NCBI GenBank assembly: GCA_964455975.1
Contig: CAYVYP010000002.1
Location: forward strand, 1-60,732
Reading direction: 5' to 3'
Source of the DNA: an uncultured Lachnospiraceae bacterium
GTDB lineage: Bacteria > Bacillota > Clostridia > TANB77 > CAG-508
DNA: 60,732 bases
Shown here: positions 10,737 through 21,640 of the stretch, piece after piece
Position numbering within the stretch: position 1 is the stretch's first letter
Layout: every line of letters begins with the position of its first letter
Made by a program: the position numbers and the translations under genes
Notes under the pieces: generated by a model
What the model was told of the DNA's origin: nothing
Database searches by the model: none
Seen by the model: only the letters and a program-made list of their open reading frames with translations

Positions 10737-11005
10737 TTTTTTGTACCCCTTTTAAATTATAAACATAACTGTAGGCTTTTGTCAAGTAAAAGCCTACAGT
10801 TATGTAAAAATATTTGTTCTATTTTTACTATTTTTTAGTATAACCTTTTCTTGTTCTTTTGATACTAAATTTTATATAATAATTTTCAACTGTTTTCAAA
10901 TAAAATATGATACAATAAAAAATGTGAAACTTTTTTGATTTTTATCAAAATTTATTTCACATTTTTTATTAATTATGGCGTATTCTAATTAGCCCCTTTT
11001 ATTTA

Positions 11006-12217
11006 TTATTTTAACAATTCTATTGCTTTTTGTAATTGTGTATCATCTTTTTGTTCTATTGTTAATTTATTTTGTAATTGTTCTGGTAGTTCTATTACTA
11101 CATCTGGTGTTATTCCTACTTTGTTTATTTTTTCTCTATTTGGTGTATAATACTCATTTGTTGTTATTTTTATTCCACTTCCATCTGATAATGTCATTAA
11201 TTTTTGTATTACACCTTTTCCATATGTTTTTGTTCCTACTATTGTTGCTTTATTATATGATTTTAATATTCCTGCTAATATTTCAGATGCACTTGCTGTA
11301 TTTTGATTTGTTAATACTACTATTTTCATATTTATTTCTGGGTCTTGTTTTGATTTTGTTTCCTCTTCTTTATTATTTTTATCTACTGTAATTAATAATG
11401 TTTTGTCTTTTTCTACAATTAAATCTGCTATATTTAATGCTTCATCAACTATTCCTCCACCATTATTTCTTAAGTCTATTATAAGTGATGTTATCCCTTG
11501 ATTTTTTAAATTTTCATATTCTTTTTTAAATTCAGTACTACAACCTTCATCAAATGTTGATATTTCTAAATAGCCTATATTGTTAGATAGTTTTTCTGCA
11601 TTTATATGATTTATTTTAACATTTTGTCTTACTATTTCAAATTCTTTAGTTTCATTACCTCTTAATACTTCTAATTTTACTGTTGTTCCAATTTCGCCTG
11701 ATTTAATTTGATTTGAAAGTTCTGTCATTTGGTCTCCAGTATAAGTTACTCCATCAACTTTAGTAATTATATCTCCAGAAAGTATTCCTGCTTTTGCTGC
11801 TGGTGAGTCTTTTATAGGTGTTAATACAACAACCATATTTTTTTCTGTATCCTTTGTCATATAAATTCCAATTCCTGTATAGTTTCCTAAAGTTTCCTCT
11901 GTAAAGCTTTTCATTTCTTCTTTAGTGTAATATTCACTATATGGATCATCTAAGCCTGAAACATATCCTTTTATAGCTCCTTCTAATAATTTAGTTTCAT
12001 CTATTTCTCCTAAATAATTATTATTTATTATTTTTCTAAAATTTTCTAAAGTAGCTGCTATATTACTACTTCCAGTTGAAGAAGTTACATATTTTATAAC
12101 TGAATTAGGTTTTATATAATTATACACTCCTATTGTTGTTACTAATGCTGTTATTAATATTGTTAATATAACTAACATTATTATTTTATATATATTTTGT
12201 TTTTTATTTGAATCCAT
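11006..12217 (-). CDS. ctpA: S41-family carboxy-terminal processing protease with PDZ domain
   Basis: N-terminal TM anchor, PDZ segment (GDIITKVDG) and an S41 core (LIIDLRNNGGG ... TASASEILAG). Confidence 0.85.
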   Translation of the reverse strand: MDSNKKQNIYKIIMLVILTILITALVTTIGVYNYIKPNSVIKYVTSSTGSSNIAATLENFRKIINNNYLGEIDETKLLEGAIKGYVSGLDDPYSEYYTKEEMKSFTEETLGNYTGIGIYMTKDTEKNMVVVLTPIKDSPAAKAGILSGDIITKVDGVTYTGDQMTELSNQIKSGEIGTTVKLEVLRGNETKEFEIVRQNVKINHINAEKLSNNIGYLEISTFDEGCSTEFKKEYENLKNQGITSLIIDLRNNGGGIVDEALNIADLIVEKDKTLLITVDKNNKEEETKSKQDPEINMKIVVLTNQNTASASEILAGILKSYNKATIVGTKTYGKGVIQKLMTLSDGSGIKITTNEYYTPNREKINKVGITPDVVIELPEQLQNKLTIEQKDDTQLQKAIELLK

Positions 12218-12347
12218 ATATTTTATATCCTCTCTTTATAAGTTCTTATATATTATACTACTCTTTTATTTGTTTAACACTAATTTTTAAAATAATTAGG
12301 ATTTAAAAGCTTTAAACTTTTAAATCCTTTTATTTTGAATAAGAAAA

Positions 12348-13580
12348 TTAAGGTAAATATGGTGTTGGATTTACTGGACTACCATTTACTCTAACTTCAA
12401 AATGTAAATGTGTTCCTCCTAATGGATTTGAAGGTGTTGGTCTTGGTAACACATTTCCTGTATTTCCTACTTGCATTATTGCTTGTCCTTGTGATACTTC
12501 TTGCCCTGCTGAGACTAACCTAGATCCTGGTTTTCCATGTGCATAAAGAGTCATAGTTCCATCATGATGATTTATAATTATATATTCTCCATAACTTGCA
12601 TATGATCCAACATATGTACCATTTGATCCATAATTCTTAATCGAACCATATTTTGCTGTAGATATTACTACTGTACCTGACTTAACGGCTCTTACAGTTT
12701 TTCCATATAATCCACCACTAAAATCTACTCCAGTATGACCTGAATATCCATAATATCCACAAGTTATATTTGATTTTGTAAGTCCTGCTATTGGACTTAT
12801 ATATCCACTTTTACTTGGTGTATTTGATATATTATCTTTTCCACTACCATTAGCAGCTTCTTGTCTTGCTATTTCTGCTAATTTTGATGCTATTGCTTGT
12901 TTATCTTTATTAAACTGATCTAATTCTGCTTGTAACTCTTTTTGGTCATCAGATAAAGCTGCTACTTTTTGGTCTTTTTGTGTTTTTTGTGCTTTTAATT
13001 CCACTGCTTTTGATTCTTTTTGTGCTTTAACACTAACAATTTCTTTTTTGCTTTCTTCTAATTTTGTTTTTGCATCTTCTATTTCTTGTTTTTCTTTTTC
13101 CATTTGTTCTAATAAATCTGTATCTGCTTGTGCTAGTTGTGATACTAGATAATAATTAGATATAGCCTCTACTATATTTCCTGAACTTAAAAGTATATCT
13201 AAGTATGAAGCATCACCTGCTTCATATATTGCTACAAGTCTTTCATCTAATAATTCTTGTTGATCATCATAATCTTTCTGTGCTTGTTTTAATTTTGCTT
13301 CTGTTTCATTAATAGTTTTTTGAAGTTCTGATAATTTACTACTTAAAGAAGAAATTTCATCTTCATATGATTCTATTGTATCTGATACTTTTTGTATTTC
13401 TTCAACAGCACTAGATATTGCTCCTTTTATTTGATTTAGTTCTATTTGTTTATCTTTTATTTGACCATTTATTTCAGATTGTTGATTTTCAAGGTCTGTT
13501 TTAGAACTTGCTAAAGTACATGTACTACAAAGTATTATTGATATAATTATTACTACAACGGTTTTTAATATTTTTTTCAT
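12348..13580 (-). CDS. M23 metallopeptidase with long N-terminal coiled coil (EnvC-like)
   Basis: ORF 12348..13592 trimmed to MKKILK behind GGAGG. It has a coiled-coil region followed by an M23 core (HTGVDF ... HLHFEVRVNG). Confidence 0.85.
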   Translation of the reverse strand: MKKILKTVVVIIISIILCSTCTLASSKTDLENQQSEINGQIKDKQIELNQIKGAISSAVEEIQKVSDTIESYEDEISSLSSKLSELQKTINETEAKLKQAQKDYDDQQELLDERLVAIYEAGDASYLDILLSSGNIVEAISNYYLVSQLAQADTDLLEQMEKEKQEIEDAKTKLEESKKEIVSVKAQKESKAVELKAQKTQKDQKVAALSDDQKELQAELDQFNKDKQAIASKLAEIARQEAANGSGKDNISNTPSKSGYISPIAGLTKSNITCGYYGYSGHTGVDFSGGLYGKTVRAVKSGTVVISTAKYGSIKNYGSNGTYVGSYASYGEYIIINHHDGTMTLYAHGKPGSRLVSAGQEVSQGQAIMQVGNTGNVLPRPTPSNPLGGTHLHFEVRVNGSPVNPTPYLP

Positions 13581-13596
13581 TTTTTCCTCCAATTTA

Positions 13597-14770
13597 TTAA
13601 TTATTAGTTGTATTATTTTCTTCTTTTTGAGTTGTGCTTGTAATATATGGTATTGGATCTACATATTCTCCATTTATTCTTACTTCAAAGTGGGCATGTG
13701 GTCCGAGTTGAATATCCTGTTGATCCTACCTTTAATATTATATCTCCTCTTTTTACTTGTTGTCCTAATGTTACTTCTATTGAACTTCCATGTGCATATA
13801 AAGTTGATACTCCACCACCATGATCTATTATTACCATATTTCCATATGCTGAATTATATCCTGCTTTAACTACAACTCCATCATTTGCTGCTATAAAATT
13901 TGATCCTAATGGTGCTCCTAAATCAACTCCAGTATGTAATTTATAAACTCCTGTTATTGGATGTGTTCTCATTCCATATGGTGATGTTATTCTTGTATAT
14001 CCTGGTGTTGGCCATGCCATTACACCTCCTACATATGTACTATCTAACTTAGATAAAAGTATTTGTCTTATTTCCGCTTCTACTTGGTCTACTTGTGATT
14101 GCATATTATCTAATTTAGTTTGAACTTCTTTTTCTTTTGTAGATAATTTATTCATATAACTATTTTGAATTGTTTTAGTATTTTGAAGTGCAACCCACAT
14201 TTGCTCTTTTTTATTCTTAATTGTTTTAGATTGCTCTTTTTGATCTTCTAAACTTTTTTTAGCAAGTTCTATACTATTTTTTTCTCTTTCAATTTCTTCT
14301 AAAATTTCGGAATCGCTTTTAGCAAGTTCTGTTACTAAATAATAATTAGATATGAAATCTATTACACTTGTTGAATTTAATAAAACATCTAAATATTGTA
14401 CATCGCCTGCTTCATACATAGCAATTAATCTTTCTTCTGCTCCCTCTTTTTGTGTTTTATATTTTTCCTCTGATGCTTTTAGCTTTTCTTCATTTTCATC
14501 AATTGAATTTTGTAAATTTTCTAACTTTCCTTCTAATTCTGATAAATCCTTTTCATATTGTGAAATAGATTCATTTAATTGCTGTATTTGTGTTAATGTT
14601 GTTGTCATTTCACTTTGTATTGTTGTTAATTCTTCATTTGTTTGTGCTATTTGATTATTTATTTCATTTTTCTTATTGTTTAAATCATTAATATCTGTTG
14701 CAAATACTGTAACAGTAATTAATAAGCTTATTAGAATCAGAATAAAAAATGTAATTAATTTTTTATTCAT
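13597..14770 (-). CDS. second coiled-coil M23 metallopeptidase (needs +1 at CGGA, extra base at 13705)
   Basis: The raw ORF ends ..STGYSTRTTCPL. Skipping the C gives GSTGYSTGPHAHFEVRINGEYVDPIPYITSTTQKEENNTTNN with a stop at 13597..13599, which restores the M23 zinc motif (GPHxHFE). Length is 3n+1. Confidence 0.85.
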
Positions 14771-14784
14771 TTTTTGTTATCTCC

Positions 14785-15708
14785 TTATACATCTAAATAT
14801 TTTTTCATAGATATGCTACTACCTAAAACTCCTATTCCTATTCCTATTCCCATATATACAAATATAATTAAACTAAACATATCTGAAAAACTAAGTAAAC
14901 TTAAATTTATTGTTGATGCTATTGTTGATTCCATTATACCATTTGTAATTGCATTATATAAAATTCCTATTAGTAAAATAGATATTGCTGCAGATAATAT
15001 TCCAATAAGCATACCTTCTATTATAAATGGCCATCTTATAAAACTATTTGTAGCTCCAACATATTTCATAATTGATATTTCTTTTCTTCTTGCATGAACT
15101 GCAAGTTTTATTGTATTTGAAATAATAAATACTGATATTATAATTAAAAGTACTAAAAATACTGCTGTACCAATTCTTATTCCGTTTGCTAACCCTATTA
15201 ATGTTGAAATTGTTTGGTCACTACTTGTTATACCTTTAATATTATCAATTTTTAAAATTTCTTCTTGAACAGTTTTACTTAAATTTAAATCAGTTAAAGT
15301 TACAATATAAGATGCTGGAAATATGTTGTTTTTTTCATATGGTGCTAGTAAAAATTGTTTTTCTTTAAATCCCTCTTTCATTTGGTTTAATGCATCTTCT
15401 TTAGATTTATAATCTGCTGTATGAACACCATTAATAGCTCTTATTTTATCTCCAATTGCTTTTACTTCATCTTCATCAGCTTCATTTTTTATAAAAACTC
15501 TAATTCCTTGTGCATCTTTTATAGTTGTCATTATATGATTAACATTTTCTCCTATGCAAAAGAAAAATCCAAATATAATCATTGTTGCACACATAATTCC
15601 AAGTGATGCAAAAGTTGATTTTTTGTTTTTTAATATATTTCTAAATCCTTCACCTAAAAGGTATCCTATAACATTATATCTCACAATCATACCCACCTTT
15701 TTTATCAT
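14785..15708 (-). CDS. ftsX: cell-division ABC transporter permease FtsX
   Basis: 307-aa ORF with 4 TM segments, a large extracellular loop and a C-terminal FtsX permease domain. It is directly downstream of ftsE. The start is uncertain because it overlaps the ftsE 3' end. Confidence 0.85.
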   Translation of the reverse strand: MIKKVGMIVRYNVIGYLLGEGFRNILKNKKSTFASLGIMCATMIIFGFFFCIGENVNHIMTTIKDAQGIRVFIKNEADEDEVKAIGDKIRAINGVHTADYKSKEDALNQMKEGFKEKQFLLAPYEKNNIFPASYIVTLTDLNLSKTVQEEILKIDNIKGITSSDQTISTLIGLANGIRIGTAVFLVLLIIISVFIISNTIKLAVHARRKEISIMKYVGATNSFIRWPFIIEGMLIGILSAAISILLIGILYNAITNGIMESTIASTINLSLLSFSDMFSLIIFVYMGIGIGIGVLGSSISMKKYLDV

Positions 15709-16360
15709 CTCTTACTATATATCCATCTTTTATATGTATAACTCTTTTTTTCATTTTATCTACTATATCTTTGGCATGTGTTGCAACAACTACTGTTGTA
15801 CCTCTTGCATTAATATCATTTATTAAACTTATAATATCCCAAGCTGTATCTGGGTCTAAATTTCCTGTTGGTTCGTCCGCAATTAGCATTGATGGGTTAT
15901 TAACTAACGCTCTTGCTAATGCTACTCTTTGTTGTTCTCCTCCTGATAATTCATTAGGATACATTTTTGCTTTTCCGCTTAACCCTACTAAAGAAAGTAC
16001 CATTGGAACTTGTCTTCTAATATGTCTTGGTGTTGCTTTTACTATGTACATTGCAAATGCAACATTATCATATACTGTTTTATCTGGAAGCAATCTAAAG
16101 TCTTGAAAAACCACTCCCATACTTCTTCTTAAAAAAGGTACTCTTTTAGGCTTTAAGAAAGTAGTATCTTTTCCATTTATAATTATATTCCCTGATGTTG
16201 GTTCTTCTTCCTTTAATATCATTTTAATCATTGTTGATTTACCTGAACCAGATGAACCTACCAAAAATACAAATTCTCCTTTTTCAATCTGAAAATTAGC
16301 ATTATTTACAGCTTCTGTTCCCGTATTATATGTTTTACTTACATTTCTAAATTCTATCAT
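15674..16360 (-). CDS. ftsE: cell-division ATP-binding protein FtsE
   Basis: Walker A GSSGSGKST, ABC signature LSGGEQQR and Walker B LIADEP. 228 aa. Confidence 0.9.
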   Translation of the reverse strand: MIEFRNVSKTYNTGTEAVNNANFQIEKGEFVFLVGSSGSGKSTMIKMILKEEEPTSGNIIINGKDTTFLKPKRVPFLRRSMGVVFQDFRLLPDKTVYDNVAFAMYIVKATPRHIRRQVPMVLSLVGLSGKAKMYPNELSGGEQQRVALARALVNNPSMLIADEPTGNLDPDTAWDIISLINDINARGTTVVVATHAKDIVDKMKKRVIHIKDGYIVRDDKKGGYDCEI

Positions 16361-16541
16361 TTCTTGCTCCTTAGTATTAGATTATTTTAAATACTATCAT
16401 ACAAATACATCATAACAATAAATTATTTACTTTGCAATACTTTATCTACAAAAAAACAAGATAAAAATGATGTTTTCTCTTCATTATATCTTGTTTTTCT
16501 CTTATTTTCTTATAAATGCTAAATTCACACAAAATTCACAA

Positions 16542-17471
16542 TTATTCTTTTACTTTTTCAATTATGTTCTTTGCCGTTATTTTAAAATATGACATAAGCT
16601 CTTCTGCTTTTCCAGATTTTCCAAATTCATCTTTAATTCCCATTTTTATAACTTTGCTAGGATAATTTTGTGTTAACACTTCTGATACTGCAGTTCCTAA
16701 TCCATTTATAACACTATGGTCCTCTATTGTTATAATTTTTTTAGTTTCCTTTGCAGCTTTTATAATAATTTCCTCATCAATAGGCTTTATACTCCACATA
16801 TCTATTACTCTAATATGTATTCCTTGTTTTTTTAATTCTTCTTGTGCTGTTAATGCTTCTACTACAGTTATTCCTGTAGCAATAATTGTAGCTTCTGTTC
16901 CTTCTCCAAATTGAATAGCTTTTCCTATTTCAAATTTTTGCTTTTCATCATATACTATCGGAGTAGCAAGCCTTGAAAGTCTTACATAACAAGGACCCTC
17001 TATTTTAGAAATTTCTTCTATAATCCATTTTGTTTGTATATCATCTGAAGGTGAAAATACTTTCATATTTGGAAGTCCTCTCATTAAGCCAATATCTTCT
17101 AACATTTGATGTGTAGCTCCATCTTCTCCAACAGTAATTCCACTATGTGTTGCACAAATTTTAACATTTGCATTTGTATGAGCAATACTTGCTCTTATTT
17201 GGTCATATGCTCTACCTGCTGCAAATACTGCAAATGAAGAAGCATATGGAATTTTACCACTTACACCAAGACCAGCAGCAGTTGATATCATATCTTGTTC
17301 AGCAATTCCCATATCAAAAAATCTATCTGGAAACTCTTTTGCAAAAATATTAGTTTTAGTAGCAGTAGATAAATCAGCATCTAAAACAACTATATTTTTA
17401 TTTTTTTTACCTAATTCACACAAAGCCTCACCATAACTTTGGCGAGTAGCAATCTTTTTATCAAAATTCAT
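16542..17471 (-). CDS. transketolase, C-terminal (pyrimidine-binding) subunit
   Basis: 309-aa ORF of the split-transketolase type (..GIAEQDM..), immediately downstream of the N-terminal subunit. Confidence 0.9.
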   Translation of the reverse strand: MNFDKKIATRQSYGEALCELGKKNKNIVVLDADLSTATKTNIFAKEFPDRFFDMGIAEQDMISTAAGLGVSGKIPYASSFAVFAAGRAYDQIRASIAHTNANVKICATHSGITVGEDGATHQMLEDIGLMRGLPNMKVFSPSDDIQTKWIIEEISKIEGPCYVRLSRLATPIVYDEKQKFEIGKAIQFGEGTEATIIATGITVVEALTAQEELKKQGIHIRVIDMWSIKPIDEEIIIKAAKETKKIITIEDHSVINGLGTAVSEVLTQNYPSKVIKMGIKDEFGKSGKAEELMSYFKITAKNIIEKVKE

Positions 17472-17472
17472 A

Positions 17473-18298
17473 CTACTTTCCTCCTAACTCGTTTATTGCT
17501 AATTCATATTCTTCTTTATTTGGTGCTTTTCCATGCCAAGCTACATTATCCTCCATAAAAGAAACTCCTTTTCCTTTTATAGTATTTGCTATAATTGCTG
17601 TTGGCTTATCTTTTATTTTTTTAGCGTTTTCAAAAGCTTCTATTAATTCTTGTATATTATGTCCATCTACTTTTATAACTTCAAATCCAAATTGTTCTAA
17701 TTTATCACCTATATGTTTTAAACCTTTTACTTCTCTTACTGTACCATCTATTTGAAGATAATTATTATCTACTATTACACATAAATTATCTAACTTATAT
17801 TTAACAGCTGACATTACCGCTTCCCAGATTTGTCCTTCTTCCATTTCTCCATCGCCTAAAATTGTATATACTCTATATCCTGCTTTATCTAATTTAGAAG
17901 CAATTGCCATACCATTTGCAACTGATAATCCTTGTCCTAAAGAACCTGTTGAAAAATCTACTCCTGGAACTTTATTCATATCTGGATGTCCTTGAAGCAT
18001 ACTTCCTAATTTTCTAAATCCTTGTAATTCGTTTTTATCAAAATATCCTTTTTCTGCTAAAACTGCATATAATCCACTAGATGCATGTCCTTTTGATAAA
18101 ACAAACCTATCTCTTTGCTGTGCATTTGGGTCTTTCTCGTTAATATTCATTTGATTAAAGTATAAAACTGTTAAAATATCTGCTATAGATAATGCCCCTC
18201 CTGGATGTCCGAGATTGTGCATTGTAAACTTCATTAATAATGTCTATTCTTACATTTTTTGCTATTTGTTCTAATTGTTTTATGTCCTTTATTTTCAT
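17473..18298 (-). CDS. transketolase, N-terminal (TPP-binding) subunit (needs +1 at CGGA, extra base at 18211)
   Basis: ORF 17473..18234 lacks its N-terminus. The upstream frame starts MKIKDIKQLEQIAKNVRIDIINEVYNAQS (ATG 18298). Skipping the C restores the invariant SGHPGG motif (..NAQSGHPGGALSIADILTVLYF..). Length is 3n+1. Confidence 0.9.
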
Positions 18299-18404
18299 AT
18301 TACCACCCTTTCTTTTTATTAATATATATCACAATCTTTAAAAAATTACTATATATTGTTTGCTTTTTTATTAATAATTTGTATAATACATTTGGGTGAT
18401 AAAA

Positions 18405-19052
18405 ATGAAAATTCAAAAACCAATAATTGCATTATTAGATAATTACATTGATAATAATAATTTTGAAGATCTAATTAATAAATCTATAGAAATTGGAGAT
18501 GAAATATCTAACTACAATTTTTATGAATTAGATACTAATATTGAACTATATAATTCTGATTTTGAAAAATGTAAATTTAGTTCTTGTCATATGCTAAATA
18601 TAAGAATTAATAAAACCTCTTTTACGGATATAATATTTGAAAATTGCGATTTTTCTAATACAGATTTTAGTGAGTCTAATTTTGTAAGATGTGAATTTGT
18701 AAATTGTAAATTAGTAGGGGTGAATTTTTCTAATTCTTCTTTATATAATATATGTTTTAGTACTTGTAATTTAAAGTATTCTAACTTTTCTTTTGCAAGA
18801 ATAAAAAACGTATATTATAACAATTGTAATTTAGAAACTTCTACTTTTTGTGAAACAGATATTTCAAATATAGAATTTAATGAATGTAATCTAGTACTTT
18901 CTACTTTTTCAAAAACAACTTTAAATAATGTAGATTTATCTAACTGCCAAATTGATGGAATTATCATATCTCCTCTAGAATTAAAAGGAGCAATAATATC
19001 TGCGTATCAAGCTTCAATTATTGCTACTATTTTTGGTTTGATAATAAAATAG
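18405..19052 (+). CDS. pentapeptide-repeat protein
   Basis: Long run of A(D/N)LXX-type pentapeptides (..CDFSNTDFSESNFVRCEFVNCKLVGVNFSNSSL..). Start taken as MKIQKP (ATG 18405). Confidence 0.75.
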   Translation: MKIQKPIIALLDNYIDNNNFEDLINKSIEIGDEISNYNFYELDTNIELYNSDFEKCKFSSCHMLNIRINKTSFTDIIFENCDFSNTDFSESNFVRCEFVNCKLVGVNFSNSSLYNICFSTCNLKYSNFSFARIKNVYYNNCNLETSTFCETDISNIEFNECNLVLSTFSKTTLNNVDLSNCQIDGIIISPLELKGAIISAYQASIIATIFGLIIK

Positions 19053-19240
19053 GATTTATTTTAAATACTTATCTTCTTTCTTAATCCATCTTCCATATTT
19101 ATTTTTGTAGGTATAATATATTTAATTTAATATTATTGCAATTAAAACGTAGTAATTTTTTATACATTAAAATATTGAAAAAAACTTTACAATAGTTTTA
19201 TTTTCTAGTATAATTATACATTGTAAAAGAGGTAATTTAA

Positions 19241-20274
19241 ATGACAAAAATATATAATTGGAAAAATGATATAAAAGAAAATGAATTAAATAATGTTATA
19301 GAAGTTTTAAAAGATAACGGTTTAGTCATACTTCCAACAGAAACAGTATATGGAATTGCTGCTAGTGCTTTTTCAGATGAGGCTTGTGAAAAAATATTCA
19401 CTTCTAAAGGTAGAGCACAAGATAATCCTTTAATAGTTCATGTTAGTAGTAAAGAGATGATTTATGATATTGTAGAAAGACCAAACGAGATAGAAGAAAA
19501 ACTAATTGATACTTTTATGCCAGGTCCATTCACACTTATACTGACTAAGAAAAAATGTATTTGTGATACTGTAACTTGTTTTCGGAGAAACGGTTGGTAT
19601 TAGAATGCCTAATAACAAAATTGTTAATAAAGTTATTGAGAAAACTAATATTCCTCTTGCAGCGCCTAGTGCAAATTTATCAACTAAACCTAGCGGTACT
19701 TGCGTAGAAGATATTAAAGAAGAATTTGATGGTAAAGTAGATATAATAGTTGATGGTGGTAAATGTAATATTGGAATTGAATCTACAGTTGTAAAAGTTA
19801 TAGATGGTGTTCCAGTTATTCTTAGACCAGGATTTATTACTGAAGAAGATATAAAAAACGTTATTCGGAACTGTAAAACTTAGTGATAAATTATTTTGTA
19901 GAGTTAAAGAAAATGAAAAGGTTGAAAGTCCTGGAATGAAATATAAGCACTATGCTCCAAAGACAAAATGTATTTTGGTAAAAAAAGGCTCTACTCAAAT
20001 TAATAAAATAAATAACTTAATTTCTAAAAATAACAACTGTTGTGTTTTAGGATTTATAGAAGATAAGGAACATATTAATATTTCAGAAAGTAAATTCATT
20101 AATTTAGGTAGTAAAAGTAATCTTAAAGAGATTTCTAGTAATATCTTTTCTAGTTTAAGAAAAGTAGATAAAATGGATTGTGGCCTTGCAATAATTGAAG
20201 GTTTAGAAGAAAAAAATTTAGGACTTAGTATAATGAACAGATTAGTTAGAGCTTGTGAAAATAATACTATATAA
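19241..20274 (+). CDS. tsaC: L-threonylcarbamoyladenylate synthase, Sua5/YwlC type (needs +1 at CGGA 19583 and CGGA 19866)
   Basis: Three ORF fragments. The N-terminus has ILPTETVYGIAASA and KGRAQDNPLIVHV. Skipping C19583 gives ..VTCFGETVGIRMPNN... Skipping C19866 gives ..VIGTVKLSDKLFCRVKENEKVESPGMKYKHYAP.., which is the Sua5 C-domain motif. Length is 3n+2. Confidence 0.9.
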
Positions 20275-20280
20275 GTAAAC

Positions 20281-20304
20281 AGGAGAACAAAGAATCGTTC
20301 TCCT
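20281..20304 (+). terminator. terminator after tsaC
   Basis: Hairpin aggagaac-aaagaatc-gttctcct immediately after the stop codon. Confidence 0.6.
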
Positions 20305-20332
20305 GTTATGATTGTTGGTTGTTACTGTTTGC

Positions 20333-21262
20333 TTAATTCATAGCAATTCTGCACATTTCAATGATGGACTCCTTAGTCTTGGCTCTTATAAAAAAACACC
20401 CATTGTGACAAAATATTGCATCCTGTATCCCAGAAATTTCAGGCAAGGTCTTTTCATTTCCGCCAGCCCATTTTTTAGGAAAAGAAACAAGCTGTTCAAA
20501 TTTCTTTTCAATTGATGGCGGAACACTTTGTGCTGCCCAGCCTCCTGCAGGATACGGAAAAATTATAAACTTCACTCTATAGTCATGACTCTCGTTATAT
20601 TTTACAACATCTTGGAGCCACGGCATTGTTTGCACAGGAATTTCCAAAATCCCATCATTGACGCAGTCATATCTCTTTTGAAGTTCTTTTTTAGTAGCAA
20701 CTTGTACAACCTTATCTTTAATGATTTCTTTCAGAATACCAAACACAATTGCCTCCACTCTGCTGAAAGCTTCGTCGTAATTTGGAGTTTCCAACCATGA
20801 CGGAATAAATTTCGAGATAAAGCTAAATGTATGACTGCTAATCTTCTCGCCATTGTCTTCTGTATCTACTGGAATGATAACTTCTCTGTCAATCTGCTCT
20901 TTAATTTCCTTGATTTCGTCATCATCGATAGATATACCTTCTTTGGTTATAACATTCTTGATAGCTTCTTCTGCAAATTTCCTCCATACCAGTCCCGCAC
21001 TAGCGTATTTTTCGCCTGTAAGTCTGCATACATTGAAGCCTGCCATATGGTGGTCTAACATTCCGCCTCCAATATCAATTACGATATCCAGTTTATTCAA
21101 CTCATCAAGGTTTCTTGTCCGCACCACATATACATCAGTGTTCATGTGTGCAATTTCAAGTGTTGCAATGCCAACGACCTCGTCACAATGAAATATTCCA
21201 TTATGTGTGCCAAAATTCATTGCACATTTTGTGTTGCTGTTTTCTCCTACTCCAATAATCAT
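20333..21262 (-). CDS. MYG1/UPF0160-family metal-dependent hydrolase (compositionally foreign)
   Basis: GTHNGIFHCDEV and VVRTRN...DIGGG..DHH motifs of the MYG1 family. It is visibly GC-richer than its neighbours and has an in-frame CGG = Arg at 21119..21121. Confidence 0.8.
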   Translation of the reverse strand: MIIGVGENSNTKCAMNFGTHNGIFHCDEVVGIATLEIAHMNTDVYVVRTRNLDELNKLDIVIDIGGGMLDHHMAGFNVCRLTGEKYASAGLVWRKFAEEAIKNVITKEGISIDDDEIKEIKEQIDREVIIPVDTEDNGEKISSHTFSFISKFIPSWLETPNYDEAFSRVEAIVFGILKEIIKDKVVQVATKKELQKRYDCVNDGILEIPVQTMPWLQDVVKYNESHDYRVKFIIFPYPAGGWAAQSVPPSIEKKFEQLVSFPKKWAGGNEKTLPEISGIQDAIFCHNGCFFIRAKTKESIIEMCRIAMN

Positions 21263-21640
21263 ATTTTTACCTCCTTAAATTATTTCTTGTTGTTTTTGTG
21301 AAACTATATTATTTCAACCCTATAATGTAACCAGGGGGTATATAAATAAATGCTAAAAATCTAGCATAACACAATTATACTACAAAAAGCTAGTTTTTTG
21401 CAAATGTTCCAGCACTTAAGTATAAGTTTTTTTGACATAAAAAAACAACTTTAAAAATTTTATTAGTTTGTAAGCTGTTTTCAATTAGAGCCTTAACGAT
21501 ACACGTATACGAACCCAAGATTGATTAAATTAACTGATAAATAAATCATATCGTATATTATAGATTTTTTAAATTGTAGTATAGAATATTTTTAATATTT
21601 ATAGTATAATATTGATAATTTAAAATTAGGAGTAAAAGAT

